64,000 bases of DNA, taken from NCBI GenBank assembly GCA_012295275.1, contig CM022675.1:9672001-9736000 (forward strand). Direction: 5' to 3'. A program made the translations under genes and the position numbers. The stretch is from Chrysomallon squamiferum (lineage: Eukaryota > Animalia > Mollusca). Below are positions 44,233-59,364 of the stretch, one piece after another (within the stretch, counting starts at the first letter, position 1; every line of letters starts with the position of its first letter). Under the pieces are notes generated by a model that saw only the letters and a program-made list of their open reading frames with translations, did not search any database and was not told the origin of the DNA.

Positions 44233-44509
44233 TAAAAATAGTTATAAATATGTAAAGATGATGTTTTCTTTACAAGCCCATTGAGCCTCCCTTATACAAA
44301 GAACACTGGGTTGGAAGTATTCTGGGTTTTCATATGTTTTTAAGATTTTGGAATATTAAACAGATATCTGACTCTAAATGTTCAGTTCTTTTATATTTTC
44401 ATTTTCAGCTTATACACACAAAGTTTTTGGTAATAGTTTTAATAAATAGAATATATCTAAAATAGATCAAACATTTTAAGATGAAACCTTGTGTGTGTGT
44501 GTGTGTGTC

Positions 44510-44760
44510 AGTAAGCATTAATTATTGCAGTAAAGTGCAGTAAACAGTAAAGTGTTTTGTTAAAATCAGTAAATTGTATCATAATGTACATCTAATTTTA
44601 ATGTATATCAGTAAACTGCCTTTTTGAAATCAGTAAATTTTCTTTTTAAAATCAGTAAACTTTCTTTTTAAAATCAGTAAATTGTATCATGATATACATC
44701 TATCTTAATATCTGTCAGTAAATTGCCTTTTTGAAATCAGTACACTGTATATAAATGTAC
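44510..44760. repeat. Degenerate CAGTAAA-core tandem array
   Basis: More than ten (T)CAGTAAA cores at irregular spacing, mostly ~10-45 bp. Confidence 0.7.
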
Positions 44761-45176
44761 ATGTATTTTCGAATGTATATAAACTCTCTCATTAAAATTA
44801 CTAAGCTTTGTCTTAATTCCACCTTGGATTCGCATGTTCCCGTACATTGATTTTTCTTTCACAAACAGCTTCCAGCTGACACAGCAGATTCTGCTGTTTT
44901 CAGTGTCGACTAATAAACAATTTATTATTGTGTGTCATGAATTTGATTTTCTTCGTCCATATCGGTGCCTAATTTTCTTGGTACATGTCAGTAAACATGT
45001 TTCTTGGCATATATCAGTAAAACATTCTCGTGATGTGCGTAAGTAAACAGTCTGCTAAACTGTGTCAGTAAACAACAGAATTATGCTAGAGTAAACAGTT
45101 TATTAGTACAACTTGGTAAAGGCTTTCTCTTAAGTGATGTCTTCAGTATAACCCATTTGTGTGTGCTTCTATAATC

Positions 45177-45236
<60 letters not shown>

Positions 45237-46484
45237 TACAGAGAGACACAGACACATGCATATACAAAAAAACAAAAACAAAAAAAACCCCATAAATTTA
45301 AATAAAAATAAAAACAAATCAACAATAAGAATACTAAACAAGAAAGGGTATCTGAAGTTCAAACAAGATTTAAAAATATCCACGAACCGATAAGGCCAGA
45401 AACGACCTTGACCCAGTTCCTAGATAAAGTGCTCGTCCACTAAGATAAGTGTAATTTCTGATCAATAACAAAACTGGTGATCCATGAATATTTAATTACT
45501 TTGGTTGTGTTTTATCCCCACTAGTGAACTGTAAACCACCACAACAGAATGTAACATTTAAAAGTGTGCTCCGTTGTTTCTGGAAGAGTAATACAGTAAA
45601 GAATAACATTTGTCTGTTGTTTTAATCTCCTCCATTTCTGCAAAGCTCTAGTTTAGTTAAAGATTTGTTAGGTTCATTTTTTTTTTTAAATCGTTGTCTG
45701 GAACTGGAAATAATCTAAAGGGCTGGGCTCATCACACAGGTTTCATTTTTAACCAATATATTTCCAAGATTTATTACAAAACAAAAAGATATTTTTTTCA
45801 TGTTGTGATATTAATATATAGTCTAATATAAAAAATAAAATTAATAAAAAATTTCTTTTTATGATTTTATTATTGTAATTCTTGTTATTTTATTTACTCC
45901 TTTATTTTCATTTATTATTATTTTTTTTTTTATTGAGTGATCTATCATCTCTCATGACAATTAAATAATACATTCATACATACATATATACAATATATAT
46001 ATATTTTTTTTTCGTTTGTTTGTTATAGGGTTGTTGTTTTTTTTGGTGTGTTTTGGGAGTGATATATCTTATCTCACAACAAAATATGACAATATAATAG
46101 TACTGCTGATAAAACAAAAAATATGGCCATAACAAAATTCTTTATATTTCCAATTATTTTATTTTATTCCTTTATATATATATATATATAGTGATCTATC
46201 ATATATTATAACCAAAACAAAATCTTGCCATAATTTAAAGTCCTGTCTTTGATTTTGTTGTATTGATTGATCTTTCATCTCACATAAAAAAAAATGTTTA
46301 GATAACAAAACAATATAACCATAACAAAACACACTGTCAAGGTAAAACTCTGGTATTAAATTCAAACATGCTGTTAAAACAGGTTGATATTATCTCCCTT
46401 TAGTCCCTTACAAAATTCCAGCATAAAACAAAATAGTTATCAATTTGTAACATAGAGCAACATATATTGATACAATATATTAAT

Positions 46485-47235
46485 GTTACCTAATCATATC
46501 AGTAAACAATGTGTCTATATTACCCAATATCAGTGAACAATATATTTATATTATCTAATATCAGTAAACATTATATTAATATTACCTAAACATATCAGTG
46601 AACAATTTATTTATATTACCTAATATCAGTAAACAATACATTAATATTATCTAATTGTATCAGTTAACAATATATTTATATTAGTAAACAGTGTATTAAT
46701 ATTATCTAATCATTTCATTACACAATATATTAATATTACCTAATTATATTATTAAACAATGTTATTGATATATTTAATGGTTAAATGTGAAAATAAATAA
46801 TTAATAATGAATATTTAATGGTTAAGCTTAAAAATAAAAATTAACAATATGTTTAACATTTAAATGTAAAAATGATAATTAACATTATGCTTAACATTTA
46901 AAATGTAAAAATAATAATTACAAAAATGCTTAACATTTAAATGTAAAAATGATAATTAACAATATGCTTAACATTTTAAAATGTAAAAATAATAATTTAA
47001 AAAATGCTTAACATTTAAATGTAAAAATGATAATTAACACTATGCTTAACATTTAAAATGTAAAAATGATAATTAACACAAAGCTTAACATTTAAAATGT
47101 AAAAATAATAATTAAAAAAATGTTTAACATTTAAAGGTAAAAATGATAATTAACAATGAATGAGTGATGGATAAAGGTAAAAAAAAAATAATAACAAAAT
47201 ATGTTTTAACAGTTAAATGTGAAAATAATAATTAA
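46485..47235. repeat. Two abutting AT-rich minisatellites (~31-35 bp ATATCAGTAAACAAT..., then ~38 bp TTAACATTTAAATGTAAAAATRATAA...)
   Basis: Directly visible arrays with a switch near 46770. Confidence 0.85.
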
Positions 47236-47350
47236 CTGTGGTTGAACTGTCAAGACATGATGAAGTAGGTTAACAGATTATATCCAGAAATAACTCACAG
47301 GTCAATGAACTTTAGCTACATGTTAATATAAAACAACTTATACAGTGCAT

Positions 47351-47442
<92 letters not shown>

Positions 47443-47624
47443 GTGGATATATGTGTATGTTATAGATGTGTAAACATTCACACACATAAATATATAGACA
47501 TACATATACATACATATACTCATACATATATATATATGAATGTAAAAACACACACACAGGTATTTTCAAATACAAGTCATTCACAAATATCTAAGAGTAA
47601 TAATAATAATAATAAAAACAATAA

Positions 47625-48130
47625 CAATAATAATAATAATATCAATAAAGAGGAAACTATCATACATTACTTATTATTTATAAAATCAATATTGAAAGAA
47701 AGGTAAGCTTGAAAGAGAGAAAGCAAATAGCACTAATAATAATAATAAATAATAATAAAATAATTAAAATTAAAATAAAATAATAAAAACAATAATGAAA
47801 ATAATAATAATAATATCAATAAAGAGGAAAAAATATACATTACTTATTTATAAAATCAATATTGAAAGAAAGAAAGGTAAGCTTGAAAGAGAGAAAGCAA
47901 ATAGCACTAATAATAATAATAAATAATAATAAAATAATTAAAATTAAAATAAAATAATAAAAACAATAATGAAAATAATAATAATAATATCAATAAAGAG
48001 GAAAATATCATACATTACTTATTATTTATAAAATCAATAATGAAAGAAAGAAAGGTAAACTTGAAAGAGAGAAAGAAAATAACACTAATAATAATAATAA
48101 TAATAAATAATAATAAAAGTAATAATGAAA
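47625..48130. repeat. Tandem repeat, 174 bp x~3
   Basis: ATCAATAAAGAGGAAA at 47641, 47815 and 47989. Confidence 0.9.
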
Positions 48131-48266
48131 ATAAAAAAAAAAAAAAAAAAAAAAAAAGTTGGGAAAGCTTATATTAACTTTTTTTTTTTTTTTTTTTAAA
48201 TATCCACAAATTGTTTTTTATTTCTTCGAAACATTTGGCAAACGACCAACTTTTTTTTTTTTTCCT

Positions 48267-48304
<38 letters not shown>

Positions 48305-48608
48305 ATTCATGATTTATTGTTATTTAAAATTCAAACTGTGCATGTTAGGATCTGAACTGGTTCTGTTCAGTGCAATTTTTTTTAATACTTTTTTATGCAT
48401 GGCTGCATAGACAAACATTTTTTTTTTTTCCTCTCTCTCTTTTTTTGCGAGGACAAATTTCTTACCGAGGGAAAAATGTTTTTTTAATTTGAAATTCAAA
48501 CCAGGCATGTTTGCATGTGAACTAGATGTACTCACTGCACATTTTTTTTTTTTTTTTATACTCCTTTTTATGCTTGACTGCACAGACATTTTCTTTTTCT
48601 TCTTCTTC

Positions 48609-48662
<54 letters not shown>

Positions 48663-50530
48663 CTTCTCTATTTTTAAGGACAAATCTCTTACAAAGTTGA
48701 AATGTTTGAACTGTATACAGCCCACTAATCATGAAAACACAAAATTACAAGTCACTGAGTCACTTTGTGAAGCCAGTTTCTATAGCATTATACTAGACAT
48801 TTTTATATCCAACTGGCTGAATATTAATAATAATAGTAAGTAGTAAATAATTGCAATAATAATAAAATTCTTTATAACGTATTTATAATGTAATATTTTG
48901 TGTGTGTATAATTTTGTGCATGTCTTACTTTGTATATGCTTGTGTGTATGTCTGAATGCCTGCATGTCTGTATGTGTGTGTGTGTGTGTGTGTGTGTGCA
49001 TGTGTATGTGTGTGTCCATGTATATATATGTATGCACATATAATTCTGGTTGTATATGTCAGTGCATGTGTTTATTTGCATGTACATGTGTATGTATGTT
49101 TTGGGTGTGTCTTGTATGTGTATGTGTATTTTGTCTGTGTGTACGTACATCTTTCTGCTTGTGTTCATTTTAAATTATTTCTTCACAGAACTCAAATTAT
49201 CAAGTTCAAGGACATGTTGGTGTATTTTTTTTTTTTAATATTAATTATGATTAGCAGTCTTCAATTAATAAAAACAATAATTATAGCTAAACATCAAGTC
49301 GTTCATTTTTCTATTTTTATGATTTGTTTACAACTATCTACATTCAACATTTTTGTTGTGCTCTCTCTCTCTCTCTCACGCACACACACACTCACACACA
49401 CACACAAAAGTTTCCTTGACCTATTTTTGCTCTTGATAAATAACATGAAGTGTCATCTGTTCAAGTACTTTCATTAACAATCATCAGTTTATACTTGGAA
49501 AGAAAAAAAAAAGAATATGGAGGCGTTTACTGTACTAATTAGATTGTTCAATTCTCACTAATTACACGTTCTAGCTAATTATATTCTATTAATGGATTTG
49601 ACAGTGATGGTAATGACAGCAGCAGCAGCAACAACACCTACACCACCAATAAGAAGAAAAAGAAAAAGAAGAGCAGGAATTGGATTAAAAAGAAAGAAAA
49701 GCATGTAAGACATTCTCTGACAAACATCAGCATTTCTGGAACAGGAAAAAAAAAAATAAAAAAAAAAAAAAATAAACTGGTCTACTAAGAAGATTTGATC
49801 CTGTAGTCATTGACATTTTGAATTCTGTTTCATGCCCACAACCCCACCCCAACCCCCAACCCCCCACTCTTAGGCTGCCCTAGAAAACAGCCAAATACAG
49901 TGCTTCGATTTTCTAATTCGTGTTGTTGGTTTTTTTTTTTGTTGTTTTTTCAAAAACATTGAATAACCTGAACTTTTACCATGGAATACATTTACATAAA
50001 AAAAAAAAAAAAAAAAGAAGAAGAAAACAAATAAAAGATTAAGAAAAAAAAAAAAAAAAAAAAATCGAGAAATGAACTAAAGAAATAAAAAAAATTGCAA
50101 AAGTACTAGAAAAAAAAAAAAAAAAGATAAAAAAAAAAAAAAGAAAAAAAGAAAAAAAAAAAAATAAAAAAAACCCACAGATAATAGTCGCTGTAAATCG
50201 ATATAAACGAGTATTCACAAACGGGAGAGAATTCGCGACTGCGGAACCCAGTGACTTACACCTGAAAAGGTGCCCGGTTCCAGCCCAGTGAGCGCCACGC
50301 CTGAACGACCATCGACAGAGCGCTTATTGTTATTCAATCGAGTATTTTCAACAAGTTAGTTGCAATTGAAACAGACAAGCTTTGCCCTGCACTGACAGAA
50401 GTATGTGACTTAGAAAAGTTTATAAATACTGTATAGACATGACTGAACAGTACCTGTCAAAAGATATTATTTTCAAAAAAAATAAAAATAAAAAATAAAA
50501 AAATAGAAAAGAAAAGAAAGAAAAGACATT

Positions 50531-50565
<35 letters not shown>

Positions 50566-50877
50566 ACAAATTTAAATTTAACATGTTTGTGTGCATGTGT
50601 TTTATGCTTTGTCTGTCTCTATGTTTGAATATGTGTGCTTGTATCTCTGTGAGAGTTTGCATACGTGTACATCAGCATGCACATTCGTTTTATTTTGTAT
50701 AACAACTACAACAACAATGTAACTGCAAAACTTCCTGTTGTTGTTCTTTTCATTATTTTAACTGGGCTGAGAAATAAACAAGTATTTTGATTTTGAGAGA
50801 GAGAGAGAGAGAGAGAGAGACTATATTCTTTTCTCTTTAAGAAAAATCATAAAACAACAAATTAATATAGTAACAAA

Positions 50878-50915
<38 letters not shown>

Positions 50916-51489
50916 GAATTAAATTTTTTGTAGATTTATATGGTACTACCTTCCTGCTAACTAGTGCAAACAAAAACAAAGTACTTGAAGTGACCTTTTA
51001 AACGTAAGCAGGTCACAAGAAGCTTGCTAAAAGCAGGGGACAAAGATTAAACCGACTGATCTAAGTGCGTGCGAAAAGTGCTCTTGAGTTTGTAGTAAAA
51101 TGAAGAGTTTTTATTCTTTTTCTTTTTTTTTCTTCTTTTTTTTTTTTTTTTAATAAATGCTGACAAAGGTTTAGATATGTACAAGTATCTTTATTGGTTT
51201 AAATTTTTTTTTTTTTTTATTTTTTTTTAAGGTTTGAAAGGTTCAACACCCACACACAATTTTTTTTTTTCTATTTTAAAAAAAATAAATGAATAAATAA
51301 AAAATAATCTTTATATTAATTATTATCAATGATTTATTTATTTATTTATTTAATTTAATTTTTTTTTTCAAAATCAATAAAAAAAAATAAAATTGTAAAA
51401 ATGTGTTTATTCTGTTTACAATTTTACAATAAACAACAACAAAATTATAATAAAATTATAAATATCTTGAGACAATCAAAAATTATGTA

Positions 51490-52000
51490 AAGAAGGTAAA
51501 ATGACAGTCTATACATTGAGCAAGAAGGTAAAATGACAAGTGTTTATACATTGAACAAGAAAGTAAAATAACAAGTGTCTATACATTGAGCAAGAATGTA
51601 AAATGACAGTGTCTACACATTGAGCAAGAAAGTAAAATGACAGTGTCTATACATTGAGCAAGAATGTAAAATGACAGTGTCTATACATTGAGCAAGAATG
51701 TAAAATGACAGTGTCTATACATTGAGCAAGAAAGTAAAATGACAAGTGTCTATACATTGAGCAAGAAGGTAAAACGACAGTGTCTATACATTGAGCAAGA
51801 AAGTAAAATGACAAGTGTCTATACATTGAGCAAGAAAGCAAAATGACAGTGTCTATACACTGAGCAAGAAAGTAAAATGACAGTGTCTATACATTGAGCA
51901 AGAATGTAAAATGACAAGTGTCTACACATTGAGCAAGGTAAAATGACAGTGTCTATACATTGAGCAAGAAGGAAAAAATGACAGAGCAAGAAGGTAAACA
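51490..52000. repeat. 33-34-bp minisatellite GAGCAAGAANGTAAAATGACA(A)GTGTCTATACATT, ~15 copies
   Basis: Directly visible. Source of the LAQCIDTV ORFs. Confidence 0.95.
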
Positions 52001-52285
52001 CTGAGTAAGTAGAAAAATGGCTGTCTCCACACATTTTTGACCTAAACTTTATCTCGGTGCCAATAAACTGTTGAACCTAACTAAAAAAAAAAAAAAAAAA
52101 AAAAAAAATATGATAACTCAAGTATAAAATGGTGGCAGCAAAATTATATTTTTATTTATTTAAAAATGAGCAATATATGATAAAATTTAAATAACTGGTA
52201 CTATATACATGTTAATAAAAATAGATTTTATAAATGTATAATTTGAATATAAAAATGACTGTAAATGTATACTTTATATCCAAAA

Positions 52286-52320
<35 letters not shown>

Positions 52321-53200
52321 CATTTTAATCTTATCTGGAAATGTCACTTCTTTCAAAACGAGTGTCAAAAACATTATTATTTTAATTCTTTTTTTTTCTT
52401 CTTATTTTTATTTATTTATATATTTATTTTTTATTTATTTATTTTTTATTTTTTTTAAATAATGTGTATTCACTGATTATTAAATCCAAGCTTTGTCAAA
52501 AAGGTTTGGTTTTTTTCTATTTTTAATAAATAAAAGTTTGTTTTATTTACATATATTAAAATTTTGAGGACGTTATTATAATTTTAGTACCTTGTCTGGA
52601 ACTGGAAAAAAACTGCAAAAGGTTACTAACAAAGATTGATCTTAGAACCTAACATACTCCACTAAAGTGCTATGAATGCTAAGATAATATATATTATTAC
52701 TTCAAGGTGACTGTACAAAATAAATAATAAATTAAAAATTAAAAATTAAAAAAGTAAAATTCTGGTTTCATATAAAAATTACAAGAATAATAATATAAAA
52801 ATTAAAATAAAAAAATAAAATAAATAAAATAAAATAAAATAAACAATTACAATAAAATGAAAGATAAAAATAAATATAAAAATTTAAATTAGAATAATAA
52901 AAATAAAGAAATAAAGAAATAAAAAAACCCATATTTCAAAATTATGTTACTATCATGTTTAGGTGGGGATTTTTTTTTTTCAAATTTTTAAATTTGAATT
53001 TAACAGTTAATGTAACATACTGACATTTTACATTAATAAAAAGTATTTATTTATTTATCTTTAAGGCCACAGAGTACTTTTAATTAAAAATGTATCTGTA
53101 AAAGGGTAAAAAGTACAAACTACAACCTATATTTCTTCCTTTTTTTTGTGAACCAAAAAAGATGTGATTTTTTTTTTTAGGTTTTATTTTTAATGATATT

Positions 53201-53247
<47 letters not shown>

Positions 53248-54078
53248 AAAAATGTAAATAAAATAAATTAAAATATACAAAACATAAATTATATTTAATT
53301 TTTTTTATTATATCCCTTTTTTGGGGGGGAGGGGTTTCATATTTAATTAATTATTTATTTGTTGATATTCTTGTTACTATTGTTTGTATTTATTAAGTAT
53401 ACTTCATTTATTTATTATAAATGCTTTAATTAGTGATATTTATTGGGTGTTTGTACATTCCCCCACCCCACATTTATAGTTATATATACATATAAAATGC
53501 TGACACACACACACACACAGAGAAACACACACACATAAATCCATTAAGCCCCATGCCATTAACCATCTAATATTCGCAACAAAAAAAACATTTTTAAAAA
53601 TCAAAGTTATTTTGGTAATAACACACCATTGTAGTTAAAATGCCAAACCTTTTTTTTCCCAATCCTAAAAAAAAAGTAAAAATATAAAAATAAAAAATCT
53701 AGTTTCATTTTGGAAATTCATTTTTCTTTCACAAAACCAATTTTCCGTTTTTAGTCAATTCACATACACAAAATTTTAATTTGCTCTCAAAATCTGTATT
53801 TTTATTCATGAATGAACTTAATCTTAGAAATCATACAATGAATTTATTTTTGAAATTATTTAATTATTTCTACTGCATCCCACAGTTCGCTTTTCTATGA
53901 CCAAATTAAAAGTTATTTAAAATATTATTTTTAAAATCATTCGAGTTCGTCCAGAAATTAGGCAAAAAAAGAATTATTACTGGAATAGAAGTAATATTTT
54001 GGGATAATTCCATTTTTAACATTTTTCTTGTTAGCAGTATGAACAAATATATTAAAGTAAAAGTAGTTTTAACTGATA

Positions 54079-54133
<55 letters not shown>

Positions 54134-55477
54134 CATAAATATAATAATAAATATAATAATAATAATATAGTAGTAGTAATAATAATATAGTACTAACAAT
54201 AATAATAACTGATAATTACAAAAACAATAATTAATTTCATGACACTGAAGTAGACACACACACAAACACACACACACACATACACACACAAACAAACATA
54301 TTCACAGATGCCCTAGCCAAACACAAGTCACACAAACACACACACACACCCTCACTCAAACACTTACACACCACATACATACAAACCCAAATACACGTAC
54401 AAGACACACACACACACACACATCATTATTTCCCATTCTAGATGATGCTCCAAGAATATTTTAACAAAGGCAGTGATATGTGCTATCCTGCAAACATGAA
54501 ACTTACTTTTTTTTTTTTTTTTTTTATTTTTTTGTTACAAAAATCAGAATAATTTGACAACAAACAGCAAGAATAAGTTTGTAGAATCACACAAAGCAAA
54601 ATCTGTTAAGTTGTGAATAACACGTTTTTTAATTCTTCAGTGTTAAAAGTTTTTAATTTTTAATTTTTTTTATTTTTTATTTTTTTAATTTTTTTAATTT
54701 TTTAAAAATTTTTTTTTTGTTCTGAATAAAATAATAAAACATGACCATTAAGTCCTTAGCAACAACGGAAATGTTACTAATCCAGTATCTTGCTGGTCCC
54801 TATCATGCTGGATTAGTGGTGGTCGACCAGTACTTTTCATGTAGTTAGGAGAATAATAAACTCAATTAAAATTTTAAACTTAAGACAGTCACAACTGACA
54901 AAATGGCCTCCATCAACCAGAATATCTTCAAAATCCTTAACCTTAATTTTTTTTCAAGGTTTTGTCTTCATTTAAAATACTTTGGTTTGTACTGAAAATA
55001 TTTTTAATTACTAATTTGCTGCTGTACAGTAATTAGTAACTGTTAGTAAGTGACTTTTCTTAGAACAGACACTGACAATATTATTATACAAATAAAAAAA
55101 AACAAAGAAATATGAATTAAAAACACAATCTGTAATATTCTATCACAAATCCTACATAAAATATACTAATTTTTACTATAATGGAAAAAAAAAAAAAATC
55201 TCCATATCCTATTATCGGTTCAATGAATATTCTAAATAGGTCAACTAGCAGACAATCATTAGGAACTGCTCAGTACCAGCAACACAATTTACATTATATA
55301 TGCAAAAGCTAGATTGATTTCAGTGTCGAAAAATAATAATTTACATAAAAAATTATTTATATCATTTAGATGTTTCACCTGACATGGGATTAAGAAAGTC
55401 TAGTTTAACTGGAAATTCGAAACATTTTAAAATTTATTTCATGTGGTGTTGTATGCATGGTTAAGTTATTTTTATAC

Positions 55478-55567
<90 letters not shown>

Positions 55568-55609
55568 TTTATTTTGAAATAGTGATAGACATATTCAAAA
55601 AATACAAAT

Positions 55610-55740
55610 ACCCATATATACACAGAAACATACAAATGTGTAAATACAGATATACATATATACCCAGAAACATACAAATGTGTAAATACAGATACACATA
55701 TATACCCAGAAACATACAAATGTGTAAATACAGATACATA
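55610..55740. repeat. 42-bp tandem repeat x3
   Basis: CAGAAACATACAAATGTGTAAATACAGATA at 55623, 55665 and 55707. Confidence 0.9.
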
Positions 55741-56091
55741 TATATATATATATATATATATACACAGGCAAACATGTATATGCATAGATACAAACCCATA
55801 TGAACACACATACACATGCAAACATACAAACACATTGTCTTTGCAAACACACACACACTCACAATTTGAAGTACATGTACTTTCTGTGCAGTGCCTATTG
55901 TTAAGCAGACACATAAAACACAACACTGATCTAAAAATATATTCTGTAGAGCTGGAAAAGAATAAACAATCGTAGGTATAAAATATTGGTTAGACATTTT
56001 TAGTGTTTTGAAATGACAGGCACTATCTGTTAACTCAAGATGCAGTGAATTTAAGTTTAATTTTGCATGTGGCTGTTTTTCTCATTTCACA

Positions 56092-56136
<45 letters not shown>

Positions 56137-56238
56137 AAATACATACATACAACAAAATTATATGCAAATGGCAACATTTTTTATGTGTGTGTGTGTAAAA
56201 AACAAAACTAAAAATGGGTGTAAAAATAGATAAAACTG

Positions 56239-56288
<50 letters not shown>

Positions 56289-57030
56289 ATAAAGATATAT
56301 AATGTTATTTAAATAAATGTGTTGATAATAAGAAAGAGTAAATACATAAATAAACAAGTGGTATGGCATTTTCTAAAAGTGTAAACATTTGTAAAACTAA
56401 AAGTAAACATTTTGCAGTGTATATATATTAATGACCTGAATTTATTTCTTGGGAAAACAATCTTTGTTTATTTACTTATTAATGAATCACTGATATTCCT
56501 GATTAAGACTGAAAATATATTAAACAAAATAAAATTTGGTTAATTTATTATTAATAAATTACAATTTACACCAAACATCAAGTAAAAATATTAAAATTAT
56601 AAGTTCAAACTAATGAATATTTAAAATAGCAAAGTGAGGTACAGAAATCATTGAAAATTCAAAAGGAATACGCTGAAACTAAAGACAGAGCTAACATCCT
56701 GGTATATACGGTAAATATTACACGTCTTTGATGACGTCAGAATATCAGTAACAGTCGTGACAAGCTCGATAAAACCAATACTATAGCTCTGGCCTTTCAC
56801 GCCCGTACTAAGGTTTTATTTCTGTTCTTTGGGGAGTCGTCTGACGAGAGAAATGAAAGACGACTAGAAATGTCGGTCGACGATACATGAGTGACCTCGC
56901 TTGATACTCACGATTCTTTCCAAATGTCAATAATGAACATGTACATGCCCCCTCGTGCTTTCGCAACTCACTCTCTCTCTCTCGCCCTTTTTCGCTCAAA
57001 ATCAACGCTGAAAAAACCCAGGTTTCTTAC

Positions 57031-57370
57031 CTGTAGTGTTCACAAAGATGAAATCTACACTCGTCGATTTGTCAGCACCATTTCTGACTTCTTTGCGGGG
57101 ATACAGGTCCGTTAACAGTTAAATAAAGGTACATTTTTTTCAGTGACACATATTCACATAACACAACAATCTCGCCATTCAGATATGCATGGTGGCTTCC
57201 TCGATATCAAAGTGGATGGATCTATTGTTGTTGCAAGGGGTGTCAGCATATCTCGGTCAATGATTTGGGACTCCGGCCTTCACCTTGCTTTAACGGCTTA
57301 CGTCAGCAATGTTGATTGTGGTTTATGAAGGCACGTCTGGTTTGCTGAGTGAAAGCAGACGCTGGGATAC
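57031..57370 (-). promoter_or_regulatory. Candidate first exon/promoter of the zinc-finger gene (5' end not resolvable)
   Basis: Consensus donor CAG|GTAAGA at 57029-57030 inside a CpG-retaining block (~56690-57370). CpG-poor DNA lies on the lower-coordinate (transcribed) side. CRE palindrome at 56732. Confidence 0.45.
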
Positions 57371-58080
57371 AGTGAGGGAAATAAAAATCTCATTTATTAC
57401 TTCAAAATAAATAAATAATGTTTTATTTTCTGTGTAAATGTTTATATAGCCGATTTACCCAATTCCATGCCATTTTAATTAAAGTATCTATTGTTCTTAT
57501 TGACTTAATTTTTTTTTTTTTTTTTAAATCATTATTCTCAAACAAATTATAATTTAGCTTGCTGCATTTCTGAAAGAATATATAAATCAGTATAACATTT
57601 GTTTTTAAGTTAAAAAGTTTAGAAGTGGTTTGACTTTTACGAATTAAAATAATAACTACACCAATTTAAAACTAGACTAAAAACTAACGATTATTATCTC
57701 GAAAACCATCCTCATTTTCTGTTGTCGGTCGCATGTTCTTATAACTAGTCTATCAAAGATTACTAGTCTGTGAAAATTGCCAATCCCATAATGTTTTGAA
57801 AACAAAACAGATTACAATAAATAAAATTATTTTTGTATAAAACTGTAGCATTTTACAATTTACTGAGCTACGTTTTACTAAATGTATTGAAAGTTATTGA
57901 TTTATTTTCAACTAATAAAAATCCTGGTCGTGAACTGCGTATGCCCTAAATCGTAATTATTTCTATCGTTGTTGATGTTGTTTTTGTTTTTGTTTTTGTT
58001 TTTATTTGATTATACTATATTTCTATCTATCTCTCTCTTTCTATTTATTTATTTATTTTTGTGTGCTTTCTTTTTTCTTT

Positions 58081-58121
<41 letters not shown>

Positions 58122-59290
58122 TTCTTCTGCTTATTATTATTATTTTAATTAAAACAGTTTATTTTAAATAAACAAACATTAATACTTCTAATGGAAAGTT
58201 TAATATTAAAGAAACATTACGTCTGCATTTAACAGCTGTTTATTTTTTGCTATATCTCAAACCACTAAACAAAAAATATTTTAAAAGTAGACACTATTTT
58301 GCAGAATTCTGAAAGTTGGTGAAAGGATAACTGGAGATGTCATCTGCTACGCTGGACTAAATCATAGACTAACCACTGTCTTGTTTATTTAATTACATTA
58401 AACAAATGATGCAGTTCATTAATTCTATCCATTAATATAACGAAATAAATAAACATTTTAAATAAATAAATAAATAAATAAATAAAACATTCATATTCAC
58501 TTAAATAAAAAAAATAAAAAACCCAGTTAAATAAATAAAATAAATAAAACATTCATATTCACTTAAATAAAATAAAATAAAACCAGAAAAATAAATAAAA
58601 TAAATATAACATGCATATTCAGGTAAATAAAACAATTAAATAAATGTATACGATCATAACCTGTTTTTAAAAAAAAAAAAAAACATGAAATCTCACGTAG
58701 AAACATACACAAAACGCACCTTTGCATGCTTATATAAATTTATAATCGCATATTAATTTTTAACGCACGTACGTCAATAATTACCTCTTTGTATTTGCTA
58801 ACACCATCTTAATTTGCATGATACTCTAAATTTCTCCACAGTTTGAAAACAAACAAACAACAACAAAACTTTGCACATTTATAGATTTATATCGTAGTCA
58901 TTTTTTGTTTGTTTGTTGGCTTGTTCTTTTTCTTCAGTATCAACAATAACGTAAGCGACAACGACAACACCAATAATAAGTTATTTCCCGTTATAACCAC
59001 TGTGGGTGTGCATGATATATAGGAGTGTTCAGTAAATATTTGTTCGTTTGTTTCAAGTCACTGAAAAATATTACTCAAAATAAAAGTTCACTGAGTAACT
59101 TTTTAGACCGTTAAAATCTTTCCCTTGTTCTGTCCAAGTGTCTCTCATTGTCTTTTTCTTTCTTTCTTTCCTTTTCTTTCTTTTTTTCTGTTTGTCTCTT
59201 TCTCTCATTGCTCTCTCTATCTCTATGTAAGTATCTGCCTCCTTCTATTTTATTTCCCCCTTTTTTTTTTCTCTTTTTTTTTTCTCGTAC

Positions 59291-59364
<74 letters not shown>

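Noticed and set aside
51490-52000. 33-34-bp array (and the 31-bp array at 62870) as CRISPR
   Set aside because: Head-to-tail units without unique spacers, no cas genes, eukaryotic context.
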